The notes under the pieces were generated by a model. That model saw only the letters and a list, made by a program, of their open reading frames with translations. It was not told the origin of the DNA and searched no databases. Made by a program: the position numbers and the translations under genes. From Callorhinchus milii (Eukaryota): a stretch of 64,000 nucleotides of DNA. The DNA lies in contig NW_024704743.1 of assembly GCF_018977255.1 (NCBI RefSeq), positions 62,560,001-62,624,000 of the forward strand, written 5' to 3'. Positions 1 to 13,556 of this stretch are shown one piece after another. Each line of letters begins with the position of its first letter. The first letter of the stretch is position 1.

Positions 1-520
1 ATAGAGTCCTTGGCTTTCTCTTGAAGTTAGACCACACATGCAGTATTGTAACATTGGAGAAAATACAGCACAGATTTACAAGAATGTTACCAAGGATGAG
101 TGGATACAACTATCAAGAAAGACTGAAAGGGTTGAAGCTTTTCTCTACAGCTGAGATGATTGAGAGGGGACCTGATCGAGGTGATAAAGATTATGAAAGG
201 ATTCGGTGAATACTCATGGGCGGTATCCATTTGTTGGTAAGTCCTAAACAAAAGGGCATAAATGTAAGATCGCTAAGTAGTAGTAGTAGTAGAAGATCTA
301 AAAGGGAGTTTAGCAAGAACATCTTCACTCAGAGGATGATGGAATTTGAATTCACTGTCAGAAGCTGTAGTTGAAGCAAAAAGCTTGATGCATACGTGAG
401 GGAGAAAGGAAAGCGCTGCTTAGGAGAGGGAAATAGGAAGGAAGGGACTTCCATGGAGTACAAACACTGGCGTACAATAGGTGGTCCAAACAGTCCATTA
501 CCATATCATTCTATGTAATT
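1..520 (+). mobile_element. Degenerate CR1-type LINE 3' fragment
   Basis: LEKIQHRFTRMLP...YQERLKGLKLFS resembles the CR1 ORF2 C-terminus. Tail contains attctatg. Confidence 0.8.
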
Positions 521-983
521 GTATGTAAAATGTTGGCAGAGTTTCTCCTGGTGTCCTGGCTATCAATCCCCCAAATAAAGTTAATCATTCATCTTGTGGC
601 TGTTTGTGGGGCGCCGTTGTGGGTAATTGAGCTATTGTGTTCGTTGACAAATATACAGTCGCTCCACTTCACAATAGTAGATTTTGTGAAACACTTTGGG
701 TTATCTTTTGCGGGACTATGGTGCAAGAGCGGGGGAGTGGGACTAGTTGGTAGCTTTCAAACAGCAGCACAAGCACGATGGGCCTGCTTCTGTGCTATAA
801 GTTTCTATGATCCCCAATATGATATACCAGATGTAAGGATTATTGTGAAATCATCAACTATGAAGGTTACATCAGCTAAACCCAAGTTAGTTTTCATGTT
901 GTCTGCTCAGATATTTGAGATGTCTGGAAAACTTGATAAGGTGCTATATCAACTGCAAGGATTATCATTATATATTCCACATG

Positions 984-1366
984 CAGTGGAAGCCACTTAA
1001 ATGGGACACACCGAGGCTGGCCGTGTTGTCCATCTTAAGCGGCGTCTGAGGTTAACCAAAGTTCCTATCGCCCAGCAGAGGAGCAGCAGCGCTTCCTCCC
1101 ACCCATTGCCGGTCCCATTGGACAGGAAGGGGACCAATTCACTGTGCCCTCGAGGTGATTGACAGCCTGAATGGTGAATGGCTGGAGTCCGCTATTAATC
1201 AATTTGACCCCTCCCATTTCCATCCCGAACCGCTCTAGACAGGCGACCAGAGCAGCATTTTGTCCAAATTAACTTGCATATTTAAAAGAGCTAAGAATAT
1301 AAATGAATTGGGGCGGGTGTTTTACCTGATTTACCTGGGTAGGTCCGGCTTAAGCGGCTCCCACTG
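984..1366. mobile_element. pogo/Tigger-like MITE
   Basis: TIRs CAGTGGAAGCCACTTAA / TTAAGCGGCTCCCACTG (15/17 match). Flanked by TG rather than the expected TA. Confidence 0.55.
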
Positions 1367-1409
1367 TGTTTCATAGAGCAGTGCTCAGGACCTGCAATGC
1401 TGATTCTTG

Positions 1410-2135
1410 CTAAGTACGCAATTGGTTAACCGGAAGAACCCAGAGGGTGGTGGAACAGGGAATGTCATCAGACTGGGAAAATGTTACCAGTGGAGTTCCA
1501 CAAGGGTCTGTTTTGGGACCTCTTGTTTAATATTTTTATAAATGATCTGGAATTAGGAGTCGCAAGCACAGTAGATAAATTTGCAGATTACACCAAGCTA
1601 ACGAAGGTGGTAGATTGTGAAGCTGAACAAGATAGGTTACAGGAGGATTTGAACATACATAGGATATTGGAGAAATCGAGAAGATACAGAGGAGAGGAAC
1701 CAAAATGATTGAGGGAATGGAAGGACTGGACTATGAGGAGCGACTAAGTGAGTTGGCCATGTTCACGCTGGAAAAGAGAAGATTGAGAGGCGACATGATT
1801 ACTGTATTTAAGATTCTAAATGGGCAAGACAATATAGATCATAACAGGCTGTTTCAACTTGTTCAGAATAGTAAAACTAGAGGACAGGGCCTGCGACTGA
1901 AGGGGGTAAATTCAAACAAATCTACGCAAACACTATTTCAATAAGTAAATAGTGAACCAGTGGAAGAGGCAGGAAATCTTGATTCTTTTAAACACAGATT
2001 AGATTTCTTTTAGGAAATAACATTATGAGATATACTACATAGGTAGTTTGGGACAAATGTGCGCATGCGACCACTAGGAAGATGGAAGGCAAACTAGATG
2101 GACCTTGGTCTTTCACCTAGCATTTCTTATGTTCT
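1410..2135 (+). mobile_element. Degenerate CR1-type LINE fragment
   Basis: [20 protein letters not shown] and YEERLSELAMFTLEKRRLRGD motifs. Confidence 0.88.
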
Positions 2136-2334
2136 TCCCAGTAACACAGAGGCTTACTACATCACTCCAAATATTACCATGGCTCAGGAACAACTACACA
2201 GAAAGTTAATGTTGATTAAGCACCACATCAGCTAATATATATTTTTAAAGCTAACTTTGTAAACTCTCATTTACTGAGATTTTGGTGTTGAAAAATTATC
2301 TTCAACTGATTTGAGATTCAATTGTTGGAATTAC

Positions 2335-2470
2335 CTCACTTGCTCTTCTCTCCTGTAGTCATCACGGGAATCTCGTTTATCATCGCAATGCCAATCCATA
2401 TGAAAGTTTCCTTCAGATCTGCTAGATTTCCCCCAATCATTTTGCAAAGTTTCATCAAATGACCTGAAAT
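2335..2470 (-). CDS. Gene L exon: (Y)FRSFDETLQNDWGKSSRSEGNFHMDWHCDDKRDSRDDYRREEQV; gene probably continues left of the window
   Basis: ttttatacag acceptor, AG|GTAATT donor (an alternative CAA|GTGAGG lies 5 nt earlier), 136 nt, phase 1-2, open frame. Confidence 0.8.
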
Positions 2471-3769
2471 CTGTATAAAAATTACATTTTAAAGTTCTCT
2501 TTGGGAAGAAAGATTTACAACCAATTCAAATTCTGCCTCATTCAAAATACATGCAGTTGAACTCAGTTATAACAGGACAGTTGGGGTCCTTATAATCCCA
2601 ACCTGCCTGTTAATGCCAGTCAGCACTTCCTGATTCACTGGACAAGTGCACAAAATCATGGCTTCCTTTCAGTGCTAAAGGACAACAGGGTACATATATG
2701 CAAGAGGTGATATATGCAGCAACCAAATGCCTTTCAAATTGCGCATTTATTAGTGCACAGGTAGCCCGACAGTGAGTGGCAATCCAAAATGCATGGCTTC
2801 TAGGTTATCTCCACCATCATTTCATAATCACACTGCATGCACACAGCGTGCATGAAGGGACCTGAGCAGTGACCCAATGACCTAGAAATTGGGCATTTTT
2901 AGTAATAACCTGGCTGGTGTTTTAAAATGATGCAACACATTTGAAGCCAGCTGGCAGGCTTTCTTTGTGCATTTAGATATTTTGGTAAGCGAGTCTACAC
3001 CCCAAAAAGTGTACTCGTGTGTAATGGGGTTCTTCCTTGCACTTTCTTATTATAGGCCAGAATCTCAGCGACTATCCTACCTTGAGACCATGAGATTCTC
3101 TTTTCATATGAACTGGAACCTCTTGCGTTACCCCGCTGATCAAAACTATTTTCAAAGTTGCTATGCTGTGAAAAGTAGGGGTCTGATGGCCCACCTGAAA
3201 CACCAACATTGATAGTAAGTCAAAAAATAATGCCGATGAGAACCATAGTCATTTCATTAAAATGAAAAAAAATTGAGATTCCATTTTCACTTTTAGACTC
3301 TAATCAGCCTTCTACATATTTCTTAACTTCACCAGTTTTTCTATTTACACGTCCTTACATGGATAGTAATAGCGGCAATCTGGAAGACAACCTTTAAGCA
3401 CAGAAGGTGGCCTGTCCATGTCAGAAGCATATCCATAGAGCACCCTCATTAAAAGCAAACCCCCACTCCAGTGAGGATGCCCTGTAGTTTGGCTTGGAAG
3501 CTCAAACATAGTGGTGGGTTCTCACATGTGACAAAATATCCAGAGACCAAACATAAAAAAACTCAATTAAAGTCTCACGAGGCATTAGGGAGCACAATGA
3601 AAATGATAATAAGAAAGAATCCCCCTCCACAATCAATGCTTAAAGATTAATTTATCCTATTACTAAATGTAAAAGAAGCTGCATATAAGGCAAAGCACAA
3701 AGTATCAGTGCTGTTGCTTTTCACCTTCTGGATCCAGAACATAAAACTTAGTGCTTCACACTCTGGAAG

Positions 3770-4300
3770 CCGCCGCCTCAACGCCAAGCTGGGTAGAGAG
3801 GGGAGGTAGCCTGAGGCATGGTTGAAGAGGAAGGTCTTCAGGTGCAATCTAAAGACAGGCAAGGAGGGGGTAAAGTGGAGGGATTGAGGCACAGGGTTCC
3901 AGAATTTGGGGCCTTAGTGGCCACAAGTATGACCATCAATAACAAAAGAGAGTGGACAAGGGTGGTGCAGAAGGTCAGGGCCAGATGATTGATAGGGGCA
4001 GGTAGAGGAGTAGGGTGTAAGCAGATCAGAGAGCTTCTTGGGCCTGAAGTGATTTGTACACGAGTGTGAGGGACCTGAAATTGATCTGTTCTGCAATCGG
4101 GAGCCAGTGAGCCTGGAAAGGACTGGGGTGATGGGGCACTGGTACAGGTAAAGATATGACAATGGAAGTAATTGGATTTTATGAGTGGTGATACTGGAGA
4201 GACCAACAAAGAGGACATTGGAAAAATCAAGGCGGGAAATGACGAAAGCCTGGATAAAGTTCCAGCTGCATTGGATGTGAGGTTTGGTTGAAGGTCAGCA
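3770..4300 (-). mobile_element. Old L2 3' fragment
   Basis: Degenerate LHWLP and LKTFLFN-like remnants resembling the other L2 copies. Confidence 0.7.
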
Positions 4301-4316
4301 AAGCAAGATAACTTAC

Positions 4317-4377
4317 ACTCATCTTTACTTCTTTTTAACGGAGGCTTCCTTACATGTTTCAACTCATCAAGGACGAT
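4317..4377 (-). CDS. Gene L exon: IVLDELKHVRKPPLKRSKDE
   Basis: tttcag acceptor, T|GTAAGT donor, 61 nt, phase 0-1. Confidence 0.82.
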
Positions 4378-5269
4378 CTGAAACATTTAGAACACGAGTT
4401 AGCTAGTACTAATTCTGTCCAACAGTAACACATTAGTGGACCAGGAAATTGTTGCATTGTATAGTTTCAGAGAATTTCATCATTCCTAATTTTCAATCAA
4501 TGTGACTATCCCATTAAAAACATTTCAAAATACTTTTCTTTTTGTGGAATGGAGAATTGCCTACAATCTTTAAACGTGCAAACCCATCACCCTGCTTAAG
4601 AATATCCAAAGCGAACTGTTCCATGCCATCTGCACATTGAAATTGCAATGTCCGGAATGGAAAATGCACCTCAGCCCCACCAATAGAGGGGCACATGCTG
4701 CTTGCCAAATTCCAAAGAATATTAGGCACAGGTTGACAAGAGCCAAGGCTAGGGGGACCCTAGGGTGCACTGGAGTTTAACTAGCTCAAAGTGTGCCATT
4801 GGCTGTACTGCTTCCCACTGCTTGTCCGGCTAGGTCTGTTAGAGCTGTAGCTTCCAGGGTTAACAAGAGCTGAGAGGAAAGAATCCTTGTTTTGCACCCC
4901 ACTCTCTCCCTGGAGAATGCACCCAGCTTTACCCAATTCTGGAGAGTATCAATTATTGTAGATATTGAACTGTCTAGCATATTGGTACAAAAAAAATTAA
5001 GAGTCATTAAGGTTTCTTGGAAAACGTGTTGAAAATATGTTGAATAGTGGAAAATGAAATAGAATTTCTGTACAACAGGCTTCCATCAAATTCATGGAAT
5101 TCTTATTTTATAAGCTTGGTAGCCGATGCTTTCTTGTTGCTAAATGCAAACATCAGTGTGAAATCAACTAATTGGTCTCAAGTTAAAGTGATTGTAATAA
5201 TGATCCTTGTATTTGATAGAGAACGTACTGTAAAACAAATTGACCGTCTTTGTGAGCAAAATACAACAG

Positions 5270-5458
5270 CCAATTCCGCACAGTAGTGCTTCAAAAACAG
5301 TCATGGATTGAAGTGACCAATTTATTATTGTTTTTTTCTGAGGGATTATTATTAGGCTTGTGGAGTAAGGAAACTTTCCATTTCGCCCTGCTGAGAATCG
5401 AACCCAGGTTTCTCGCTTACGAGGCGAGTGCTCTAACCACTGAGCTACAGGACTCCAC
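5270..5458 (-). mobile_element. tRNA-derived SINE, partial
   Basis: tRNA-like head plus part of the body. Confidence 0.85.
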
Positions 5459-5698
5459 ATATAATATTATTAATATATTATAATATAATATTATGCTTCA
5501 CAAACACCTGTTACAGCCACCAGTTGCTGACAGCTTAAGATCAGAATCTCAGTAGAATGAAAACTGTTTTACTGCTCTTTAGCACTGCAGATGGAATGTA
5601 CAGCACAGTGCACAAAATTCCTTGATCAGAAAAGGCTATCTATCGCAAGTTCAACTAAAGTTCTTGACCAAAACAATTTTTTTGATCAACAAATTTAC

Positions 5699-5821
5699 CT
5701 TAACTTTCCCTCTTCCGTCAAGTTTTTCAATTAATGCGGCTTTTTCTTTAACCAGGGCATTCATTTCCGAATGCTTTAGTTTTGCTCCTTCAAGTTGTAG
5801 TGCTTCTGGATACTCTTTTGA
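5699..5821 (-). CDS. Gene L exon: SKEYPEALQLEGAKLKHSEMNALVKEKAALIEKLDGRGKVK
   Basis: ttttag acceptor, AAG|GTAAAT donor, 123 nt, phase 0-0, open frame. Confidence 0.88.
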
Positions 5822-5944
5822 CTAAAATCAAAAGGGAAATGGTTACCCATGAGATAAATAGCTCCAATTTAACATTCTAAAGTAGATCATAAAATTGGAG
5901 TGTAAATAACTGACTCCTGAAACATTTCCACAATGGTTCTGATG

Positions 5945-6206
5945 TATAATAATCCAAGCGCTTCACAGAACACATTGACTGTATATTTGTGGGCGAACGC
6001 GGCAGCCAATTGCGCACAGCAATGTCCCACAAACAGTCATAGATTGAAAGTGACCAATTTATTCTTGTTCTTTGTTTTTTTTGGAGGGATTATTATTAGG
6101 CGTGTAGAGTAAGGAAACTTGCCCAAGGTTTTGCCCTGCCTGGAATTGAACTCAGGTATCTCACTTGCAAAGCGAGTGCTCTAACCACTGAGCTACAGGA
6201 CTCCAC
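5945..6206 (-). mobile_element. tRNA-derived SINE (short subfamily)
   Basis: Same head and body as the other copies. Confidence 0.9.
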
Positions 6207-6691
6207 AATATAAATCCTATATTCAAAGGAAACCATTTCAAGAAACAACTGCCTTACTATCTCAAAGGATTAAAAAAAGTAATTTACAGAGCGTGGCAGG
6301 CAAAGATCTTATAGCTAATTGGACACAACATTACTATCACTGAGGCGTATCATCAAATTATTACATATAGCCAAACTGCTTTATAAATTTATAAACCTGC
6401 GTATATAATCCTTATAATGAACTAATACATTCAATGGGTAATGGATGCATTTAATATTCCCACATTTGGAAATACTCTAACTGGGTATATTCCGGTATTT
6501 GAATGTCATTTTAATTTTTTTTGTTGGAAGCCCAAGTTTCCAAATAATCTAGCTAAAATACAAGGCAATTCCTTACAAGAATACACTGCGGCTTTTAAAG
6601 TTATTGGATTTCTGAAGACTGATTATACAACTAAATGCAGCAAGATTCATACAGGCTTAGGAAAATTTCATCTAAAACAAGAAATGCTTAC

Positions 6692-6828
6692 TATGTACTT
6701 TAGCCGGTGTTTATAACCAAATAAATGTGACAGGAACGAGGAAAATCCTCCTCGATAGCCACAAAGCCTGCAGAAGAACAGTGGATCTGGTGCCCCCTCA
6801 GACTGATATTCAATCACATGGTTCAGTC
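6692..6828 (-). CDS. Gene L exon, zinc finger 2: GLNHVIEYQSEGAPDPLFFCRLCGYRGGFSSFLSHLFGYKHRLKYI
   Basis: tgcag acceptor, ATA|GTAAGC donor, 137 nt, phase 1-0, C-x2-C-x11-H-x5-H. The PLIGL...CxxC...HLxGYKHRLKY pattern resembles uncharacterised fish proteins such as zebrafish si:ch211-13c6.2 (recall, not searched). Confidence 0.9.
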
Positions 6829-7284
6829 CTGCATACAAAAACACAATCAGGTCACTTCGGTTAATTTCTATCCATGCTGATATCCAACACAAAAAGATTA
6901 AGACAAATGTTAGTCTTCAGCACAGAAAAAGAAACGTGGTTACAATGATTTCCTTTACTGGAACAAAGATATCAAACAAAGTCAATTTCTTCATACATTC
7001 CATTACTAGCAGAGAATAAAGGGTCATTTTGCCAATATAAATGTCTTTAAAATTCAAAGGAACTTCTATGAGAAGTGTTGATACATGTCACTACATTACT
7101 ATGAAAAGAACACTCAATTTGTAACAATGTGGCTAGTGTTTCTGTATATTCAAGCATATTGAGAAGCAGAGTAATCACAAAAATTAAACTCAACAATAAC
7201 CATCTTAATTTATGTAGCGCCCTTCATGCAGGGTAGCAGTTTGAAGTGGTTAAACGCACTGAAAGGGAGGAATAAGGAGCATAC

Positions 7285-7383
7285 CAATCAAAGGAACCAA
7301 TGAGCCCATTTCTTTTAGGCGTTCTTCCAGATATGATGACCCATATTTGTACTCTATAGACGATGTTGGTGCAGATTTTGCAT
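7285..7383 (-). CDS. Gene L exon: DAKSAPTSSIEYKYGSSYLEERLKEMGSLVPLI(G)
   Basis: tttgttttag acceptor, G|GTATGC donor, 99 nt, phase 1-1. Forms PLIGLNHVIEY with the next exon. Confidence 0.85.
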
Positions 7384-7509
7384 CTAAAACAAACAAGCCA
7401 ATGTTAAATTGTAGAGATATTAAGCATAATTATGGCAATACAGGATACAAACNAAAAAATTATGACAAAAAAATAAAACTCAAAAATTTGAATCATAAAA
7501 CATACATAC

Positions 7510-7569
7510 CAACTGAAGAGGCCTTTGCCCCCTTGTTTTTAGTTTCTGCTTTTGATCCAGATGGTTTAA
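7510..7569 (-). CDS. Gene L exon: (V)KPSGSKAETKNKGAKASSV
   Basis: ttgtag acceptor, G|GTATGT donor, 60 nt, phase 1-1, open frame. Confidence 0.7.
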
Positions 7570-7861
7570 CTACAATTAAGATTCCAAAATTAAGAGCAAT
7601 ACAGTCAAGGAACACAATATTGTACTGTAGTCACAACAGTCCTTGAAAATTAAGCTTGGAATATAAAAGATGGACATAAACAGGAATAGTACATGTTTTT
7701 GATCGTCCTACTTTACCTTTCATGAAAATTTAAATATAGCATTTTGAATGTTATGCTATCAAGGTCAATGAGGCTTCCCCATATACTTCATGTTGTTCTG
7801 TATCACACGAGGAAAATGTCACAGACATGACAAAGAAACACATTTAGGCCTTAGTCTAAAC

Positions 7862-8081
7862 CAGTGGCGGCCAACATGTGTCCACGCGGGGCCGTCAAGA
7901 AGCTCCCCTCCCCCCACCAAAACATCAACTTTTGCACGAGTGTAGTTAAGTCTGTGTTCGATCTTTAGTGTGTTTTCAGTTTTTTCTTCATTGAATATTT
8001 CTCGATTTATGCCATAAATCAAGAAATATATGATCAAGAACATTTAGTTTGTTGGCTGACCATAAAGGTTGGCCACCACTG
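7862..8081. mobile_element. Non-autonomous hAT (Charlie-type) MITE, 220 bp
   Basis: TIRs CAGTGGCGGCCAAC / GTTGGCCACCACTG (13/14 match). Perfect 8-bp TSD GTCTAAAC at 7854-7861 and 8082-8089. Confidence 0.9.
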
Positions 8082-10011
8082 GTCTAAACATTTCTCAAAT
8101 GTTAAAACGTTTCCAAAAGTAAAACTGATTTCTGAACAACTGCCTGTAGCTTCTGTTTTAGATGTAATGTCAAGTCCTTTTTCATAAAGTGTAGCTCAAA
8201 TTGTTGACAAGGCACCAAACTGCACCATTTTACATCAACTGAGATAATCAACATTGCTCCTTAAAGATTACTCACTTTTTAAAAAAAAAGTTTCAAAAAT
8301 CCCTCAGCTGCAAAGCAAACCATGTTGGCTCACAAGGTCATTGGAAGGGAGAGTATCTCTCATGCCGGAACACCAAACTATGGTGCTAAAAAAGGGTGGG
8401 GAAAATGTTAATAATCTGAACTACCATTTATTCAAAATTGTTATCAACCATGGCATCATATAGTGGTAAATTTAGAATTTCTGAGTTGGGACAATCTATT
8501 TTTGGGAGGAGAGAGGGGAAAGGGAGAGAACAGAAAGGGAAGAAAGAGCAGAAACCTCAGTGTAATCCTCCAGAATTTTTTTAATGATATTTTACATATA
8601 CATAAACATTTCTGTATACTACTTTATATGACACAAGACTTATTTAGATCGATTTAGGCTAAAACTATAATGACTCATGTTGGGTGTGGGACAAAAAACT
8701 TAACTCATACCCTGATCAAAACTCGATGGCGGCAATTTTCCAGCTTCTACCAAATTTCACATTTTAAGAAGAGCATCCTTTAGAGCAATCAGAGAGTCCT
8801 CATTCTTTAAAACTTGAATGAAGGTCAGTTTCCAAAATCATTTCAGTGATCAAAAACTACAAGCAATTTTGAAGCTATCACTTCAACCAAAATGCCACAG
8901 CCAACATACCCATTTCTGGCACATATCCTCCAGAAACGGGTAAACCCAAAGAGAAAAAAAAAACAAGAACCCATCTGTTATGTTATAGCAAGAGGTAGCT
9001 AATTTCAATGCCATAGATTAAATAATACACTTAAACACCGGCTACCCGGACTAGAGAGTGGGGCATCTAGAGGTGCCCAGTCCTGTAGATTTAAAATAAA
9101 TGTCTTTCGGCTTTGTGCCTGGCGCAATCTACCAAAGTGGGGATTGTTATCCAGGATCTACTTGCAATTCCTCTTCTCCTTTACCACTCCCCAACCCCAA
9201 GACCAGGCCTGCTTCTAGGACTGTACATAATAACTGATATTTTTACAGAAGAGATTGATCCTTTCATGGATACAGAGTAACAAAAGTTCCTCCCTAAATA
9301 TGCCATACCTATTGCAGAGCACATATGGAGCCACTCTGATGAGTTTCCATAGACAGTTCTTATACTGTTAAATGATTAAGAACAACCTTCAAATTTTCAA
9401 AGGAATAGCCACAGTGTAGGTCACAGCTCTCCCTGCAGACGCTTCCCGTGTTTGCCACAAATTTCACATCACTGCTCGATCCTGGATTTTGCAAACGTGT
9501 CAAACAAAGCCTTTCAGCTGCATCCCCAGGAGCTCGGATCCATAAAGGAGAGCTGTTTGCAAACAGGTCTTGTTTGCCACAAGCTTGACTTGCATTGGGA
9601 CCTTGCTGTCCTTGAACTTACATTTACACAGTGCACTTCACATAGAATAACCTTGACATAACCTCTCATCCAAAGGAAGGCAACTCCAACAATGCAGCAC
9701 TCCGAGCATTTTATTGGACTACCATTTGAGAGTGAACTCAGAACCCTGACATGGAATTGAACCCAAAATCTTATGACTCAAGAGGTGAGTGTGCTACCAG
9801 CTGAGCCAGGCTGACACTAGACACACAAGATGGATAAAAAGTGGCTTAGGCACAAAACATATGGCCACTCAATTGTACAAAGTAAATTCCCCAAGTTACA
9901 ATTGAATGTTTCTGGTTTTAAGTCAGTGTACATGAGACTTAGAAGTGTCAGGTCATCTATAACATCTGCAATTGTGGTACCAAGATCCATTAGGAATCCT
10001 GCAATGCTTAC

Positions 10012-10033
10012 CATCATTCAAGGCTTCCTTAGT
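10012..10033 (-). CDS. Gene L 22-nt microexon: TKEALND
   Basis: GCTAAC branch-like site, long pyrimidine tract, cag acceptor, G|GTAAGC donor. Supplies the phase 0 to 1 shift needed between the flanking exons. Confidence 0.65.
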
Positions 10034-13000
10034 CTGTCATATGAAGTTTGGAGAGAATCATCCACGAAAATGAAGGTGGGGGGGAAAAAAAAGTTAGCAA
10101 GACTGGCTTCTGTTGGGACATAAAACTGAAAGATTTCATTAACAATGAACCTTTGCAGATTTTTCAGCTCCAAAAGGACACCTTTTCATTTACTGTAAAG
10201 AAAAGGTAACTCTGCTGGATATTCTGCAAAAATTCAAGAGAGCTCTTTTTCATACTTTTCTGATAATTCAGAAAAGTTTTAGATGACCATTTCAAAAGGG
10301 GTCTAAGAAATACTTTGGTATTTCAGAAAATCGCCTCAAGTAAAATTACTGTAAAAAGTAATTTTACTGTTCAAAAATGTTATACAATTGCAGAGTTGAG
10401 ATCTGTTAATCACACATTGCTGAATGTTAGAATCCTGTAAGACTTTCTTACATCACTGGGGCTTAAAGCAGTCTTGTACTAAGAACCAGAAACTGTACAT
10501 CCACCGCTTTGAAGTCTTCCTTGCAACTTCCATTCAATTAGTGTATCCACATCTGAGTTCTAGGACTCTTTGGTTTAAAGAAAAAAACCTCCAAGAGTCC
10601 TTTCATGTACAAGTACACATTTTCTTCTTTTTAAAAAAAATACACACACACTATTTAACAACAGTGTGGGTACTACAATGTTTACTGAATTTTTGATAAG
10701 TGCTTTGAGGGATTCCTGAGAGTTTAAGTCAAGAAGTTCTTAGTAATAAAGATATCCTCTTCCACAGATATTTTAAATCTATACAAGCCTTGATGTTTCC
10801 AGGACCACTGGCCACTTAAAATAACTTTACCAGGACTGCAGGACTATGCCTTAAGCTTGCTGTCATTCCAATTTTATAAAGCAATTCCGTCAAGTTTGGT
10901 GAGAACATTAGATGTGGCAGTTTAATGGTTAAGAACAGACATTCAAGTCTGTACTGTATTTAGAAAGTTGCATGGTAAATGAAGATGTTGCTCACTCAGC
11001 TTGGCCTGATCTGGTAAAGCATTTGAAGAATTGCCACATAGCAATGTGAAAAGATCGACTCCAAGAGAGCTCTCGTCATGTCCACAGCGAGTTCCGTTGA
11101 CAATCATAGTTGGAAGATCAATCAATTTGGATAAATGTTAAACAGATTTTTTCAGACAATGACCAAATTTGTAAATCATTACATGTTAACACAAGAAGTG
11201 TCAACATATCATGTCTACTGCAAGAAACAGAATCTTCAAACAAAACCAGAACACCACCAGCTAACATTTAGTTATAGCGTTTAGTGGAATTACAACAAAA
11301 ATATCTGCAATCAATACTTTTGTCTTGGGATAACATCAATCAGACCACGTATCTGTTTAATCTCCCAAGATCAAAGCAATTGAGATTAAGAATCTCATTG
11401 CTCACTGATGGTCAAGTTTACAGGAAGTTCCGAAGTGTTCCTTTCTGAACAAGTACACAGTGTTATTACGATGTCACAAAACGTACGCTTCTCTTGAAGC
11501 AGGCAAATCATATGTTGGGAGAACATCACCAATGCAAGTAGATCATTGACAAACTAAGTGTTTTTAAAAAACAGATTTCATCTGCATTACTTTGATCATG
11601 AATGGAAAGAGGTTTGTTCTTTCAGTAAGCAGATCAACTAGAATCAGTTTTTCTTTTTTTAAAATTTCATTTCTGTATTTGTACAACAGAATTAAAAATG
11701 GTTGACCTAAATCTCTGTCACAGAATCTGTCTGTCAATAATTGTAGGCAGAGACTTTACTAGGAAGTATATACATATTCCACGGTTTTGAGTACTTCAAG
11801 GCATTCAAGCAATTCAAATTAGTCCAAGGTAGATGAAAAAGATTATAAGAGCTATTTCTGAAACAGAAAGCATTAGCTCTTTTCATTTCAAATCCCATTA
11901 TGCAGTATTTAGTGCAAGAGATGAGTTTTCTTTCTACCACTGGATGAAACTCATACAGCATTTCTAATACCCATAGTGAATTGGGTTGTCTTCAACAGTA
12001 GGATGAAGGAAAGCACACTACATCTAGAAGTAGCACTGGGTTGCTTTGAAACAGCATTGTTAAGTTCTCTGAATAAGAGTTTTGTCCTTTCAAAATTAAC
12101 AGCGAAATACAACTTTCATTTGACCATTACAGTTTCATGAAATGTATTCGAGCTGAATTTATGACAAAGGAAACAAGCGATTCAAACGTGAAGCCTCATC
12201 TTGAGGTGCAATAAGAAGAACTCCACCTGATCAGTTACTTGGCTCTTTACCCTCCACCAGGTGAGGTTGCAAGTTTTTCCAGTCTTCTACAATCCTTTAC
12301 TTGAGTAGCCAGTTTTATGGGCGTCCACTCGTACCAACTTGAGTACCTAAACATTTGCTGACAAACTACAGAATGCAAAGCAAATTTTGGCAAGTTCCAT
12401 CTTCTGTTCTCAAGATATGGTCATAAAGTTGAGTATGACTACATATTTTATTGACATCAGGCAATTTACCTGATAGATAGATAAATAAATAAAGGACCCA
12501 ACTCTCAGGAAAAAGCAGCAAAGTTCCACTGCAACATCATTGCACTTAAACAATTTTCAAAAATACAGCAAGATTACCAAGGCAAGATTTTAAAAAGATC
12601 AAAAATGTTCATTAGCTTGGAAGCCCCAGTGGAATTTGTTTTATAGGAAAAGCAATCTGTCTGCCAAGAATTGACATTCAGCATTTAACAGTCTCAAATG
12701 TCATTTTGTTCAGCCTCCAGGAGTGGATCAAGACAAACTGCTGAGCAGTGCGTTCAGCAGTACAGGGTAATGGCATTTTTTAGACACACTGTCATTGGGC
12801 AACTCATTTGGTTAGAGAAGAAACAAGTGCAAGTAAAAACAGATACAGGTGTTGCCATATTTTGGAACAGCTTTCAGTGATGATACTGATTGTGATATCA
12901 TCATTCTTGGGCTCACGCTCAGAGCCGAAGCCTGAAGCAACTTCCTAATTCAAATCCTATTGATCTATGCCGTAATAAAATATTAGAGTACATTACCATA

Positions 13001-13487
13001 AGCAGTTTGATCAATGTTTTCAGAGACTATATTGCAAATATCTCATCAATAACTTGTTCCCAATTCTATATTACCAACATATTACAAATCAAGATTTTTC
13101 AAATTTATTTCAGTTTAATAAAGTCATACTACAAATTAGTTCAGCTACATCAGTGCTCTTTATGCAAAATTACTGTTGTACTGAACCAAAAAGGTACTTT
13201 ATTTGAACGTAGTGCTCTTTCAATTGTCAAAGCTTACTCTGACAGGAAGCATTGAAACACAGAAGACCCGTCAACAGGTCTGAATATATTTCAACCAACT
13301 GGGATAAACAAATATCAGGACTCTTACTTAGTAACCTTAGTGGATTCAGTAGGCCTATTTCTTCGATCAAAATTTGCAGGATCAGTTTATTAATATCTAA
13401 TTTTTTTCAATACAGTAATGAATCATCAGGATTTTATATTTGTTGAAAGATTAGTTCATGAATGTAAGTAGCAATGGCTGCTCTTAC

Positions 13488-13556
13488 CTTCTTATGTTTC
13501 ATCCCAATCAAATGCATCTTAAGATTCATCTCAGAAGTACAATGGACATTACATAC
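13488..13556 (-). CDS. Gene L exon: VCNVHCTSEMNLKMHLIGMKHKK (zinc finger 1, C-x2-C-x12-H-x5-H)
   Basis: ttttgattctag acceptor, AAG|GTAAGA donor, 69 nt, phase 0-0. Spacing is typical of U1/matrin-type fingers. Confidence 0.88.
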
